Made by a program: the position numbers and the translations under genes. This document shows, piece after piece, positions 63,263 through 64,000 of a DNA stretch of 64,000 nucleotides. The notes under the pieces were generated by a model, which was not told the DNA's origin, ran no database searches, and was given only the letters and a program-made list of their open reading frames with translations. The DNA comes from Diplonema japonicum (taxonomy: Eukaryota; Protista; Euglenozoa: Diplonemea), in NCBI GenBank assembly GCA_964019335.1, contig OZ025702.1, positions 62,001-126,000 on the forward strand, written 5' to 3'. How positions within the stretch are numbered: the first letter of the stretch is position 1; each line of letters opens with the position of its first letter.

Positions 63263-64000
63263 ATGAGTGGCTCACCAACGATAGAGACGAACAGATGGTG
63301 GAAGGTAATACAGAATGTACTCCGGTCGGGTGAACTGAGGAGGAAAGTGGAGCAGGTGCCACATGATGCTGCAGATCAGGTGTTGGTGGTAGCGATGGAA
63401 GTTGCAAAGCAGCAGTCGTGGGGCCCGAAGCTGGTCGACTCCTTGTTGTGGGCGTTGCGTTTTAAGACGCCGAAGGAGGTTCTGATGCCGATCCTTGAGG
63501 CTCACGGTTGGGAGAATGGGGACTTCAAGGACGTTCTGACTCCAGACAAGGCTTTGAAATTACATGCTGATATGGTGGTTGCTTTCGCAGTTGCTGAGCA
63601 CGAGAAGACCCCACCTCCTGCGGAGCTCCAGGTAGCCCGCCCGATAACACCGCGCTCCCGTCAGAGGAAGCAATCCCGGTCCATCTTCCATACCCTCTGT
63701 CTTGTCCTCAACCTTCTACACAACCCTTCTGACCCACAGATGCGCCGTAGGCGGCAGCTCCACACCGACCTCGGCCTTGACATCAACCAGATGGAACCCA
63801 AGCACCTCTACACCGCAGCCCTCCGCGAGGTCAACGCTATGCAGACCCTGTGGACCAATCTCACCGACGCACTCAAAACCCTCCCCAGCGCGATCAACAG
63901 GGAAAAGACAAGCACTTGGAAACCAACCCTCCGGAAGCTTGACAAGACCCTGAGCCAGATCCACCCCCCCGCGCAGGAGGCACTCCTTGTCATCGACATC
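63263..64000 (+). CDS. Hypothetical protein, runs off the window end
   Basis: Open frame of 246 codons (MSGSPTIETNRWW...LLVIDI) with no stop; ACACACAG ending at 63256; not in the ORF track. Confidence 0.7.
   Translation, partial: MSGSPTIETNRWWKVIQNVLRSGELRRKVEQVPHDAADQVLVVAMEVAKQQSWGPKLVDSLLWALRFKTPKEVLMPILEAHGWENGDFKDVLTPDKALKLHADMVVAFAVAEHEKTPPPAELQVARPITPRSRQRKQSRSIFHTLCLVLNLLHNPSDPQMRRRRQLHTDLGLDINQMEPKHLYTAALREVNAMQTLWTNLTDALKTLPSAINREKTSTWKPTLRKLDKTLSQIHPPAQEALLVIDI

Noticed and set aside
293-63999. All minus-strand ORFs in the track
   Set aside because: They are antisense shadows of + strand genes or homopolymer translations with no recognisable motifs.
1-64000. tRNA, rRNA or spliced-leader RNA genes
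   Set aside because: No cloverleaf, rRNA or SL-like sequence recognised by eye; a covariance-model scan would be needed to exclude them.

Overview
Gene-dense eukaryotic genomic DNA, most consistent with a euglenozoan protist. A diplonemid is the best inference: co-directional genes as in kinetoplastids, but with many cis-introns. About 33 protein-coding genes all lie on the + strand. Some spacers are only 32-135 nt; others are long and full of homopolymers. I reconstructed 23 short (34-74 nt) GT-AG introns by hand. Their donors are mostly GTRTG, and most acceptors follow A-rich or C/A-rich tracts rather than polypyrimidine tracts. Recognisable genes: ATG7, SDHAF2/Sdh5, mitoferrin, G3BP-like, PTB/hnRNP-L-like, GPALPP1/DUF3752, pectin acetylesterase, START-FYVE, Kelch, Patched/NPC1-like, TauE, a probable EDC4, and a spliced SERP1/RAMP4 missing from the ORF track. 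There is one decayed hAT transposase and several stacked MITE-like elements. Top leads: (1) a single polypeptide fusing kinesin motor, alpha/beta-hydrolase, WW, RING and YEATS-like domains; (2) an intact uracil-DNA glycosylase homologue whose catalytic and uracil-specificity residues are systematically replaced; (3) an unusual splicing/processing grammar. All calls come from reading the sequence by eye; no searches were run.
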